A DNA stretch of 64,000 bases from Ostreococcus lucimarinus (lineage: Eukaryota): assembly GCA_000092065.1 (NCBI GenBank), contig CP000586.1. One strand, 5' to 3'. The notes beneath the pieces are model-generated. The model was not told where the DNA came from, did not search any database, and saw only the letters and a program-made list of their open reading frames with translations. The position numbers and the translations under genes were made by a program. This document shows positions 9,297-19,700 of the stretch, piece after piece (position 1 is the stretch's first letter; the number at the start of each line of letters is the position of its first letter).

Positions 9297-9992
9297 TCAA
9301 AGCTCTTGCTTGGCCGCTTTCTTCGCTTTCGACCTTCGCTCCTTCTTCTTGGGCGGTTCAACTCGTTTCGACTCCTTCTCTTCGTCGTCGTAGAAATCGT
9401 GATCTTTAGGCTCTTCCTCGGAGAAGTCAACGGATTCATCGCACGCCTTGGAGACGTTGCGACACAAAAACTCCTCGACGTTCGACTCCGCGTCCAATCT
9501 CTCCTCGAGCACGGCGGCCTGCAACGCCTCCTCCGACTCCTCGATCACGCGGTGGCAGTACCCTAGAATTTCCGTTTTCATCTGCTTCCCTCGCGCGTGA
9601 CGAATCTTCTTCACCGGATTCGGCGGGATTCGCCACCGATTCGTTTCCTCGTGGAGCTGATACTTTCCCACCCTGCTCGGCTCGTCGCAGACGCCGTCGA
9701 GCAGCTCGACGAACCGCAGCTCGCTCACTTTATACGAGATCCTCTTGCCGTATCGGCGCCCGCGCGAGTCCAATCGACCGCGCATGTCCACGACTTTCCC
9801 GTCCGCGCTCTCGGCGTCTTCGCGCAGGGCCTTGGCGAGGGATTTACCGACGGCGCGGCACGCGCTGCACTTCGCTTCGATGGCTTCGGCGGTCGACGAC
9901 GCGCGCGCGACGACGAGGGCGAGCGCGAGCGCGAGCGCGAACGCGCGCGCGCGGAGCGATCGCGATCTCGCGCGGGGCGCCGACGCGCGCAT
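9297..9992 (-). CDS. Canopy/DUF3456-like saposin-fold ER protein with signal peptide and C-terminal KQEL
   Basis: Signal peptide MRASAPRARSRSLRARAFALALALALVVARA. Six Cys lie in a CxxC...C...C...C...C arrangement (KCSAC, GVCDE, GYCHRV, FLCRNVSKAC). There is an acidic Lys-rich tail ending KQEL, a KDEL-like signal. ATG at 9992. Confidence 0.45.
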   Translation of the reverse strand: MRASAPRARSRSLRARAFALALALALVVARASSTAEAIEAKCSACRAVGKSLAKALREDAESADGKVVDMRGRLDSRGRRYGKRISYKVSELRFVELLDGVCDEPSRVGKYQLHEETNRWRIPPNPVKKIRHARGKQMKTEILGYCHRVIEESEEALQAAVLEERLDAESNVEEFLCRNVSKACDESVDFSEEEPKDHDFYDDEEKESKRVEPPKKKERRSKAKKAAKQEL

Positions 9993-10153
9993 GGTGTAAA
10001 CGCCGCAGCGCGCGGACGCGCGCGGACCAGAGAATGAGGGCTCGATCGAAGCATCTTGCGCGCGGAGACTAGGGGTACGTCGGAGATTGTACAACCGCGA
10101 ATGTATATTAAGAGCGTGCGGATACTTGCGTGCTACTGCTGATGCTAGAAAGG

Positions 10154-13100
10154 TTAAATATTTGCGTCGGGCGCAGACGCAGCCGCGCGGGCTCGCCGCG
10201 CGCGGAATCGACGCTGAAGTTTTAAGACGACGAGCATGACGCTCATGGAAATTGGCTTGCCGTCGAGATCAAACAATTCGTTCTCGTCGCCTTCTTCTGC
10301 GATTTCCATCTCGCGAATGGACGCAAAAGAGTCCCCGCGAAGTTCATCGGCGGCTTGTTCTTTGCGAGAAAGTTCTCTGACGAGAGTCGCTCTTCGACGG
10401 ACTTTGTTTCGAAGTCTCAAGAGAGAAGCCCGTTTGGCGTTTCTCCGATCCTCCTCGAGTTCGCGGCGAATTTCGAGCGGGAGGTAGTTGAGATCCACAC
10501 CCATAGCCTTGGCCGTAAAAGCCTGCAAGAGCTCGGTGTAATGAAGAAACCTCGACCCTCCTTGTAGATTGAGCGATCGAACGTGGTTGAGCATGCCCAA
10601 GTCAGTGACGCGCTTGCCCTTCAAACCCAATGGTTTTGGCGTGGCGAGAATGATGGCCTTTACGTCGATCGCGCTGACGAAACCGGTGAGATCTGGGTCG
10701 AACTTTTTCCAAACTCTGCGGAAAGCCTTGACGTCTTCAGGAGTCACGTTCTCATTCTCAGCTTCCTTTCTACTCATCGAATAGTTATCGAGCACGACAG
10801 CGATGAGTAAGTTGAGAATAATGAACGAAGAGAAAGCGACAAAGCTGACAAAGTAAACTGGAGCGACGGCGGTGCCGCAACACGTCCCGATGGCGCAATC
10901 GAAAGAAGCGTCGCAGTTTTTCTTGTTCATGCAATCATTCATGATCTCTTGCCACCCCTCGCCGGTCAACATCCGCAAAAGCGTGGAGAGGGAATTTCCA
11001 AAAGTTTTGAAGTTTGCGTGCCTATTGAGCGCTTCGCCATACGCGAGACGCCCGAAGACTTGTGTGCCTAATATGGCGTATATAAAAAACAGCAGCGCCA
11101 ACAACAGAGATATGTTGCCGAGCGCAGGAATTGTCATCACCAGCGTCTGGAACAACGTGTTCAATGATTTCCACTTTTTCACCATACGGAAAACTCTGCA
11201 GATGCGCAGAGCGCGGAACGCGCTAGATCCCGTTCCCGACTGCAAAATTGCACCCAAGATGGACGTTACGACGATGATAAAGTCGAACACATTCCAACCG
11301 GATGAAAAGTAACGTCGCGGGTACAGCGCGCCAATTTTCATCATCGCTTCAACTGCAAACGCAGCCGTGAAGATGTAGTTCAACACATCCAATGCAAACT
11401 TCTTTGAGGAGCTGTCGTGATCCGTCTCCGTCATGAGCACCACGGTGTTAATGAAGATGATAACCATGATGCTCGCATCAAATCTTGTGTCGTTGATCAA
11501 TTGGAAGAGCTTTGCGCGCCACTTTTGATGAGGCGGTCTTCTGAAAAATGATTGTCGAGCGGTGAAGTTCCTGTTGCGCTGCTGAGCAACCCACCTTGCC
11601 TGTGACTCGCTCATAATGGTGCGCGTCAGCGACGTCGTCGATATCTTCAAAAAGTTGTCGATGACGATACCGATGCACATATTGAACAAGAAGAAGTTCG
11701 ACAGAACGATAAAAATGAGGAAATACCACGTCGCGACTGGAGTACGATCTCGCACGGGCGCCACATCCGTGCCCACGGCGTCAGCTGCGTTGAACATAGT
11801 CACTGTCCACCCTTCGCCAGACGTCGTCTCAAACAACGTGAGCATTGCTCGTGGGAAAGAGTCAAAGTTGCTGTCAGCACTCTCCCAATCTCGAGTGACA
11901 TAAACCGCAGATGTGTAGCTGCCAGTGCATGCAGATTCGGTCGTTTTGGTGTAGTCGTTGCACGAAGACGTTATGACATCCCAAGTCCGCACACTCGTGC
12001 CGTTTGACCAAGAATCGACGCACGCCGATTTAGTGAGAATCGTGGGATCGGAGCAACTTTTAAACTTACCCATGAACAACGACATTCCTGCGATAGCAAA
12101 TATGATCCACACAATCAACGATACCAGAAGCACGTACACGAGACTCGGAAGCGATGCAATGAGCGCGTTGATTACCACTTTTAACCCTTGTACTCGCCCG
12201 AGAAGTCGAAGCGGTCGCAAAACGCGCAAAGTACGTAACGCACGAACCCATTTAAGATCCGCGCTGGATCCGAGACCCATACCGAGCAATCCGAAAAACA
12301 CGATAGTGCCATCGAGAACGTTCCACGGGTTCTTCAAGTACGAGTACTTATCGGCGTTGAACATGCCTAACGCGATCCACTTCATCAACAACTCCACCAC
12401 AAATGCAGAAGTGAAACAGTAATCAAGAATTTCTGCTCTCTCCTCAAAGTTTGGATTGTCCATATTCTCTGGCGTCTCCCAACACATGGTTATACTCGAG
12501 GCAATGATCAACATAAGAATGAACCAGTCAAATCGCCTGTCGTCCGCGATCGCGAAGCACGCTTTACGGACTGGGTGCGATGGCTTGAACAATCCAAAAA
12601 AGCTGCTTTGTTCAAACTTAGTGAGCGGAACTTTACTAAGCGCCCCTGGCTGCTTCTTCTGCATGTCCTTCGGACTCATAATGACGCTGGTTGTCTCAGC
12701 GCTACTTTCTTCCTCAATCATCTTTCTGGCTCGCTGCAATCTCAAATTTTCAACTTTAGCCGCTGCTTTTCTCTTCTCTCTCTTCAGCAATTCGTGGGCA
12801 AAATGTGCAAATCTCGTCGCAGTTTGGGATGGCTCATTATTTGCGCTATCATTCGACTCACGACTACGGACACTGTCCGATTTAGTCATTCGCATCCCAG
12901 CAAACACGCCAAAGATACTTTGTTTCTTCGCAGCCCTACTCTCTTGCAGTTGCTCTTGCAGGACTTCTTTGCGATTGTCAAAGTTGCTCAGCAAGATGGC
13001 GATGAGCGAGTTGAGAATGATAAAGTCGCCCAGAATGAGGACGACCACGAAATACAGAAGAGCGACTTTCGCGGTGGTGAACATGGTGTCATACATCACT

Positions 13101-15511
13101 AATGGCCAATCCTCGTGCGTGATGACTTGCACGACAGTAATAATAGCGTTGTTGAAGGTGTCAAAGTTCGACCGCGGCTTTGGGTCAATCTTACAGTAAT
13201 TGCCGCCAAAAAGTTGCATCCCGACGAGCGCAAAAATCAAAACAAATAGACACAAAATCGCTAGAAAACTCGATAAATCGACCAGAGTCTTCCAAATTGT
13301 TTTAAGCGTGCTCTGTAGAGACTGCCACGTTCGCATCAACTTGAGGATTCGGAAAACTCGGAGCGCGCGAAGGACGGTGAATTTTGACTTGCCTTCACCT
13401 CCATTCAAGCCGAGTTCAATACAAGACACGAGCACAATCCCCGCATCCAACCAATTCATGCGATCACGCACGTACTCAGGTATACCAAGCGCTACGACTT
13501 TAATCAATAATTCAAACATGAAAATCGCAGTAAACGCCAGATTCGCGTTTTCCAGCGCCTCTGAGTAACTGTTAGACATGCCGTCGTATTCCATCGCGAG
13601 CACGAGTGTGTTCAACAAAATACTGAAGTTGATGACCATGAAGAAAAAATCACCATCCACGAACTTCCGCGCACGTGGTTGTACGAAGTTCTTTATTCTG
13701 ACGAGTTGCGTTTTGATCCACTCGAGAGTTTGACTGCGTTTGTGGCGCACGACGGACGCGCTCATTGCTTCTCCTAACCCGTCATTCGTGGCACTTTCTG
13801 AGCGTGATAGCGCCTGGATAGCTCTTTCGAAGGTGGAGAAGCTCCCACTCGAGACTCTTTGCAACTCATCCATAATATTCGCGTCGTAAACCATGGTGAT
13901 GATGGCGAGTGCCAAGTTCAATATCACGAACGATCCAAAAAATATCACGGGCAGGAACCACATCACGACCGCAGGCGATACTGAATCTATGAGGTCTAAC
14001 ATCACGGGCGACCAATACTCGAGGGTTATCGTCTGGAAGATCACGAGCCAAGACCACCAGACGCTATCGAAACTCGCGTATCCATAGTTTGGATTTTCGT
14101 GATCTAAACACTCTTGGCCGCTGGGGCACTGCCACGCGGCTTGGGCGGTGGTTCCACATGCTTGATCTTCGTTCTTTTTCAGCAAAACTGCGTCACCAGA
14201 AGCGCGTTTGATGCATCGTACGTATTCTTGCGCCGTGTAACTCTCGCACGGCACGCTTGGCGGAAGTACATCGAAGCACCGTGTTCTCATCTTTCCGGCA
14301 AAGAACTGCACGCCAATGATACCGAAAATGCAGAAGAATAGCAAAAAGAATACAATCACGTTCGCAAGAAGTGGTAGAGACTTCAACATTGTCTCGATCA
14401 GCAATCGAAGCGATGGGAACATGCTAATCGTTCGCAGCGGACGCAGAATTCGCACTGTTCTTAAGGTGGACACGTTTGACCCCATATCGCCTGGCAGGAG
14501 GGCGACGACGGACACGATGACAATGCCAAAGTCCATCACGTTCCACGAGTCGCGTAAATACGCCCCCGAGTTTTTTGTATTCAATTTACCCACCACACCG
14601 AACGCTATCATCTTCAGCAACGCCTCGAGGGTGAATAAAATAGTGAACGTGAGTTCGCTCCGCTCCGCCGCGTCGTTCCTCGCCCCTCGCGTGGCAAACT
14701 GCCCGCACCCTCTACCCTCCAAGCGCTCGGGTTCGCTGAGGCACAGCAAAATCGTATTCGCAGCGATAATCAGCAGTACGATCCAATCAAACTCGTGTCT
14801 CTCGACGAGCTGAATGCAAAACTTGCGAATCGGGTTCTCCGCCCCGAACACCCCGAACGACTTTTCAGCGTAAATCTTCCCACTCACTCCCACGACTAAG
14901 CTATCCTCGCCCTCGATCGACGCATTTCCCGACGCTGACTCTTGCCTCGCCGCACTCACGTTCGCACTTCGTTCTTTCCCACTCTTCGTGTGTTCGCCCA
15001 AGCGATGATAAATGTCCACCAATTGTTCGCCTCGTTCGTCTCGCTCGCCGTCGTCGTCGCTTGAGTGGGAATCTCTCGCCCCGTCCCGATCGATGCCGTA
15101 ATACGATCCATCATCACCATCACCCTCATCGTCGGAATCGTCGCTCGAGCACGGCGCCGGTCCCGCGCGCGTCGCCGCTCCCGCGCGCCGCGTTTCGTCC
15201 TCCGTCTCGCGCTCGCCGCTCGAATTCCCATCGCTCGAATCCGCGCTCCCGTGTCGCATCACCAGCTCCGCGAACGCGACGGACGACAGCGACGCCCCCC
15301 CGCTCGCGCGTCTTCGTCCCTCGCGCGCGTTTTGCGACGCATCGCGCGCGACGAACGCACCGATCGTCCCCGCGCGTCGTGCCTCCGAATTCGCGTTCGC
15401 GTCGTCGTCGTCTTCATCGCGCGCCCTCGCGCCGCCGCGCGCGTCGCGCCGCCGCGTCGGCGCGTCGCCGGAGTCCGACTCCACGCCCCACCGGCTCGGC
15501 GCCATCGGCAT
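10154..15511 (-). CDS. Four-domain voltage-gated cation channel, Cav-like (EEEE selectivity filter)
   Basis: Four repeats of S1-S6 with R/K-spaced S4 segments (e.g. VRALRTLRVLRPLRLL). The pore loops are TLEYW, THEDW, SGEGW and TGEGW, each with a Glu at the selectivity position. There is a C-terminal IQ-like LKLQRRFRARRAR. The ORF-track start at 15646 is GTG. The first ATGs are at 15511 and 15505, so the start is uncertain. Confidence 0.9.
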   Translation of the reverse strand: MPMAPSRWGVESDSGDAPTRRRDARGGARARDEDDDDANANSEARRAGTIGAFVARDASQNAREGRRRASGGASLSSVAFAELVMRHGSADSSDGNSSGERETEDETRRAGAATRAGPAPCSSDDSDDEGDGDDGSYYGIDRDGARDSHSSDDDGERDERGEQLVDIYHRLGEHTKSGKERSANVSAARQESASGNASIEGEDSLVVGVSGKIYAEKSFGVFGAENPIRKFCIQLVERHEFDWIVLLIIAANTILLCLSEPERLEGRGCGQFATRGARNDAAERSELTFTILFTLEALLKMIAFGVVGKLNTKNSGAYLRDSWNVMDFGIVIVSVVALLPGDMGSNVSTLRTVRILRPLRTISMFPSLRLLIETMLKSLPLLANVIVFFLLFFCIFGIIGVQFFAGKMRTRCFDVLPPSVPCESYTAQEYVRCIKRASGDAVLLKKNEDQACGTTAQAAWQCPSGQECLDHENPNYGYASFDSVWWSWLVIFQTITLEYWSPVMLDLIDSVSPAVVMWFLPVIFFGSFVILNLALAIITMVYDANIMDELQRVSSGSFSTFERAIQALSRSESATNDGLGEAMSASVVRHKRSQTLEWIKTQLVRIKNFVQPRARKFVDGDFFFMVINFSILLNTLVLAMEYDGMSNSYSEALENANLAFTAIFMFELLIKVVALGIPEYVRDRMNWLDAGIVLVSCIELGLNGGEGKSKFTVLRALRVFRILKLMRTWQSLQSTLKTIWKTLVDLSSFLAILCLFVLIFALVGMQLFGGNYCKIDPKPRSNFDTFNNAIITVVQVITHEDWPLVMYDTMFTTAKVALLYFVVVLILGDFIILNSLIAILLSNFDNRKEVLQEQLQESRAAKKQSIFGVFAGMRMTKSDSVRSRESNDSANNEPSQTATRFAHFAHELLKREKRKAAAKVENLRLQRARKMIEEESSAETTSVIMSPKDMQKKQPGALSKVPLTKFEQSSFFGLFKPSHPVRKACFAIADDRRFDWFILMLIIASSITMCWETPENMDNPNFEERAEILDYCFTSAFVVELLMKWIALGMFNADKYSYLKNPWNVLDGTIVFFGLLGMGLGSSADLKWVRALRTLRVLRPLRLLGRVQGLKVVINALIASLPSLVYVLLVSLIVWIIFAIAGMSLFMGKFKSCSDPTILTKSACVDSWSNGTSVRTWDVITSSCNDYTKTTESACTGSYTSAVYVTRDWESADSNFDSFPRAMLTLFETTSGEGWTVTMFNAADAVGTDVAPVRDRTPVATWYFLIFIVLSNFFLFNMCIGIVIDNFLKISTTSLTRTIMSESQARWVAQQRNRNFTARQSFFRRPPHQKWRAKLFQLINDTRFDASIMVIIFINTVVLMTETDHDSSSKKFALDVLNYIFTAAFAVEAMMKIGALYPRRYFSSGWNVFDFIIVVTSILGAILQSGTGSSAFRALRICRVFRMVKKWKSLNTLFQTLVMTIPALGNISLLLALLFFIYAILGTQVFGRLAYGEALNRHANFKTFGNSLSTLLRMLTGEGWQEIMNDCMNKKNCDASFDCAIGTCCGTAVAPVYFVSFVAFSSFIILNLLIAVVLDNYSMSRKEAENENVTPEDVKAFRRVWKKFDPDLTGFVSAIDVKAIILATPKPLGLKGKRVTDLGMLNHVRSLNLQGGSRFLHYTELLQAFTAKAMGVDLNYLPLEIRRELEEDRRNAKRASLLRLRNKVRRRATLVRELSRKEQAADELRGDSFASIREMEIAEEGDENELFDLDGKPISMSVMLVVLKLQRRFRARRARAAASAPDANI

Positions 15512-15809
15512 CGCGCGCGGCGCGCGCGCGCGTCGTCGTCTGTCGGCCGGGGCGGCCGGTCTCGTGTCGCAGCGGTAAAAAACACGGACCACGTCGCGCA
15601 TCGGATCGCGTCGCGACGCGCGTCGCGGCGTCGCGCGCTCGCGCACTCGCGCGCGCGCGAACGCGCGGAACGACGCGGGAGAGGCGTTTACACCGCGCGA
15701 AGACGCGCGAGACGCGCGAAAGCGGCGCGCGAAACGGTGAAGACGAACGAGTCGAACGAATCTCCGCGCGGGTGGTTGAAAACGCCGCGACGAGGACGAG
15801 GCGCGCGCG

Positions 15810-16658
15810 ATGACGACGCCGCGCGCGCGAACGGAGCGACGGGAGGGATCGCCGCGACCGTCGACGGCGCAGAGTGAGGCGAATCAGCGAACGCCGCACG
15901 GAGGAAGGGCGCTGTCGGAGGCGTACTTCGCCACGGGGGCGACGGCGTTTTTGGAGCGAGCGCTGACGCGACGCACGGGGGCGCACGCGGCGACGACGGT
16001 CGGGACGTTTCATCGAGGAAAACGAGGGAAGGGGGGGGTGAGAAGACGACTGGGAGGTGCGACGACGTCGACGGTGGGCGATGCGCGCGGTCACGGGGGC
16101 GGGGCGCGGGAGGTGGTGCGCGTGCGATGGGACCCGGAGAATCCGTACGCGGCGACGTTCGGCGAGCTGTTGGACGTGTTTTGGGATAGTCACGATCCCA
16201 CGCACGCGCCGATCGATGATTTGCACGCGAGCGTGGTTTTTGTGACGAGCGAAAGCCAGCGTGAGGAGACGCTGCGGAGCATCGAACAGAAGACCGACGC
16301 GTATCGCGACGCGGACGTGCTCACGCGCATGGAGTCGGCCGTCGACTACAGATTTACGGAGGCGCCGGAGCGATTTCAAAGAAGGTTGCAGCGCGCGAGC
16401 GAAGACGAGGGCAGTAGAGAGGGATCGATGCGAAACGGCGGCAGCGCGCGATCGTCGATGGATGAGCGCGGGAGCCCGAATGGAAGTACGAGCGAAGCAT
16501 CGCAAAGCACGGATGCACCGCAAAGAACGAGAACTCTTTTGGGTTCGGTGAACGCGACGCTTCATTGGGCGGTGGATTGGACGAAAGTGATCGCAGTGCA
16601 CGGGGCAGCGTATTTAGTTCGAGGCGGCGCCGAAAACGAGCGCAAGACTCCGAGATGA
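15810..16658 (+). CDS. Peptide methionine sulfoxide reductase A (MsrA)-like protein lacking the catalytic cysteine
   Basis: The MsrA fold is recognisable (EVVRVRWDPENPYAATFGELLDVFWDSHDPT versus [28 protein letters not shown]). The GCFWG active-site motif reads ATGATAF here, and the downstream GNDHGTQYRSAI block is also diverged. The true start is probably internal. Confidence 0.55.
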   Translation: MTTPRARTERREGSPRPSTAQSEANQRTPHGGRALSEAYFATGATAFLERALTRRTGAHAATTVGTFHRGKRGKGGVRRRLGGATTSTVGDARGHGGGAREVVRVRWDPENPYAATFGELLDVFWDSHDPTHAPIDDLHASVVFVTSESQREETLRSIEQKTDAYRDADVLTRMESAVDYRFTEAPERFQRRLQRASEDEGSREGSMRNGGSARSSMDERGSPNGSTSEASQSTDAPQRTRTLLGSVNATLHWAVDWTKVIAVHGAAYLVRGGAENERKTPR

Positions 16659-16737
16659 TTTCTAGAACTTTTGGAATGACATCACAACGACTTTGACGCG
16701 CTACGCACTCTCACTACGACGCACTCGCACTCTCATT

Positions 16738-19700
16738 TTATATCGCGACGGATCGAACTTGTTCGAGCTTCTTTAGAATTTCGCCCGGCGTACGATCCAT
16801 TTCTTCCGCGATTCTCCGTTGAACGTCAGCCGGTAAAGCGCCGAACTGCTCGCACAAGTCACCGTCGATGACATTTTTGACCGGCGCGTAGTACGACCGG
16901 AATGCCATGTGGTCGCGCCCGACTATGGATGGCGCTTCCTGGCGCATGTGCATTTCTAAATGAGTGAAGAACTCGATCTCCGATCGAGAGCTGAACGGTA
17001 ACAAACATCCGATACCGCCCATGAAAGTGCCGTACATGATGATCTCGATCCCTCCCGGTTGTAGTGCGCCCTTCGTGAGCGCGCACACCGTCTCCCCGAT
17101 GTATGTTTGCGCAGAGGTTTCAGACTTGTTCGGCGCACCGTTCAATACACCTTGCGAATAAATGTTCTTACCGCCTGTGGGGTCATCGTCCATGTCCTCA
17201 CTGACATCCTTCGGTAGGCGATTGACGAAAATATTCCCAAACTTATCCGCACCGGCGAGTGTATCGTAATCTAAAGGCAGCGTCGCCGTGATGTATCGCG
17301 GCTTCGTGTCGTCGGCAAAGATGTATATACTACCCTCATCCGCCTTGTACTTGACGTAGTGAATAGACTCCTGCACGTCACCGACGTATATTCTATCTCC
17401 CGCCGCGTGCAGAGTGGTGATGAAGTTTGGAAAGTTCCTGTTCTCAACCTTGCGCAAGAGTTTCTTCTTACCGTAGTCGTAAATGCGCAACGAATTGTTC
17501 ACGCCCGCCAGCAGGTGACCTTTGTATCCACACAACGCCCCGACCGGACCATCCGTCGGGGTGGAGTGCACCAAATTGAGCGTCCTACCATCGTTACCGT
17601 ATCTGTACAAATGGATGAAACCACCATCGCAGTTGCGCGGCGCAAACGTGAGGTTCACCGCCGTACCGACGGCAAGGAGTAACTCATTCGGGCCTGTCAG
17701 GAAGACGTGGCACAAACTGAGCGCGGCTTCACTCTTGTGTAGCTCCAGCACGAACGTCGATTTCGCCTCCTTAGGATCGACGATTCGTACGCACGCCGCC
17801 CACGTTCCAGGCGAGCTCTTCGGCGCGCCAAACTGTTCGACGGGTAGCATCTTTGCTTCCTCCTCGTCTTCGTCGTTCGTTTCGGGCGCTTCGTCTGCGG
17901 GCGTTGCTTCGGGACCTTCGCGTTCGCCGACTGGAACCGTGCACTGGTCACTTTCGATCAGCGCAACCATCTTCGTATCAGGATTGGCGCTCATCGCGCG
18001 CGGAGTGTAACGGAGCTTGACCGTGGTCTGGTTGAAGTTTTCGCCCAAACGCTCGATGCTCGCGATGCGTAACGTCTGGTTTGAAATCGCCACGACGCCT
18101 TCGGGGCATTGCTCGCTGTTGAACGAACACACCTCTTCCAGCGGGACGTACGAAATTGGTGCGAGCACGAACGTTCCCTTTTCAGAGTATCCCAACCAAG
18201 GTCGAGATGACAACGCGACGAGAGCCGGAGCGCCACGAACGCTTGTACGAACAAGCTTCGGCGCACGAGCGCCTAAAAAGCGCATGCGCATATCACTCAG
18301 TTGTCCAGAAACTTGATCAATCGTCGCACGTATCAAAACGCCATTCGCCATGCCCACATTGAGCAACAAACCACCTTGAGTGGACTCCGTACCCGCGGTT
18401 TGGAGGACCAACAAGCTGGACGGCGCCGAGCCCTTGAGCGCTTGCACGGCTAACGTTTGCAAGCAGTCATCCGGGTTGAGGCTCATGACGCGCACGGTGC
18501 CGTCGTACGAACCCATGGCGAGGAATCTATTTCTCAGCGCACCCTCAGGAACCGGACCGATATCCAAACACGCAATGTCGCCGCTAGTCTCCAGCTTTTC
18601 AACTTCAATGAGTTGACCGGCCGAATCTAACTCAAAGTAAATCACTTCGCCGCCGGTGAGCGCGATGACAACTTGCTTGCTGTTGCACGTGCACTTTGAG
18701 ATTTGCTTGCGTCCAGGAGTGCGCCACTCATTGATGCGCTTATCCGCCTTGATGTGGCGCAAACCGCCCGGATGAATCTGAAGTAAAGATTCATCGCTCA
18801 TGAGACACGCCTGAAGCGTCGTCGTAGTTCCTAAAATCCCGCTGTCGTTCACTTCACTGACGGTGTCTCCGATGGACAATACCAGCGTTGCGTTCAAGAA
18901 CGAGACGATGATATACGAATCATACTCTTCCGACGAGCTCTTCTTCACCGTGAAGATGGCGTTCGGCTGGCCCGGAAGTGGGCTCATCGCCAATTCGTTC
19001 ATGGCGATGCCTTGCCGCAAAATGCGAAGCGATGAACGAGCGCCAGTTCCGCAAAGCGTGTACAATTGTGGCATTTCCTCTTCCGTCAAGTTGTGTGCCT
19101 GCATGTCTAGCACAGGACACAAACTATCTATAGTATCGATCGTGTATAAGTTGGTCAAAGGTCGCGGGTCGAAGAATACGGGCTCGTAGCCTTCCTCCGT
19201 TTCCATGAGCGATGCCGAGCTGCTTTCAACCGCGTCATCGTCGCCAATGCCGGCAAACTGATACAGCGCGTGATTTCCGAATTCACTCGCCGCGAACAAG
19301 AAACCAGTCTTCAACACGCACAAGCTTACACACGGGGGAATAGTGTCAAAATACTTCACTTTGACTTCACTCACTGTTTCCCCGGAGTAGTCGATGGTGA
19401 GTTTGTAAATGTCCCCGTACTCTGACTGCGCCAAAAAGAAGAAAGAATTCTTCGATCTGTGGCTCGCGGAGGACACAATCAACACCCCTCGATCAGCCGC
19501 CAAAGAATTTCGACGCGGGATCACCGCCCGAACTTCGTCGTGGTTCTGATGTCTGTAAATGACAAAGTTTTCGCAGCACACCAAGACACCACCCGGACCG
19601 TCGCTTCCGCCTGGCACGGGAATCAAATGGTTTGCGCCGTTATCGATCGGCTCGCTCCACTTGCGTACGACGTGGTTCAAACCTAAATCGAGTTCGTAGT

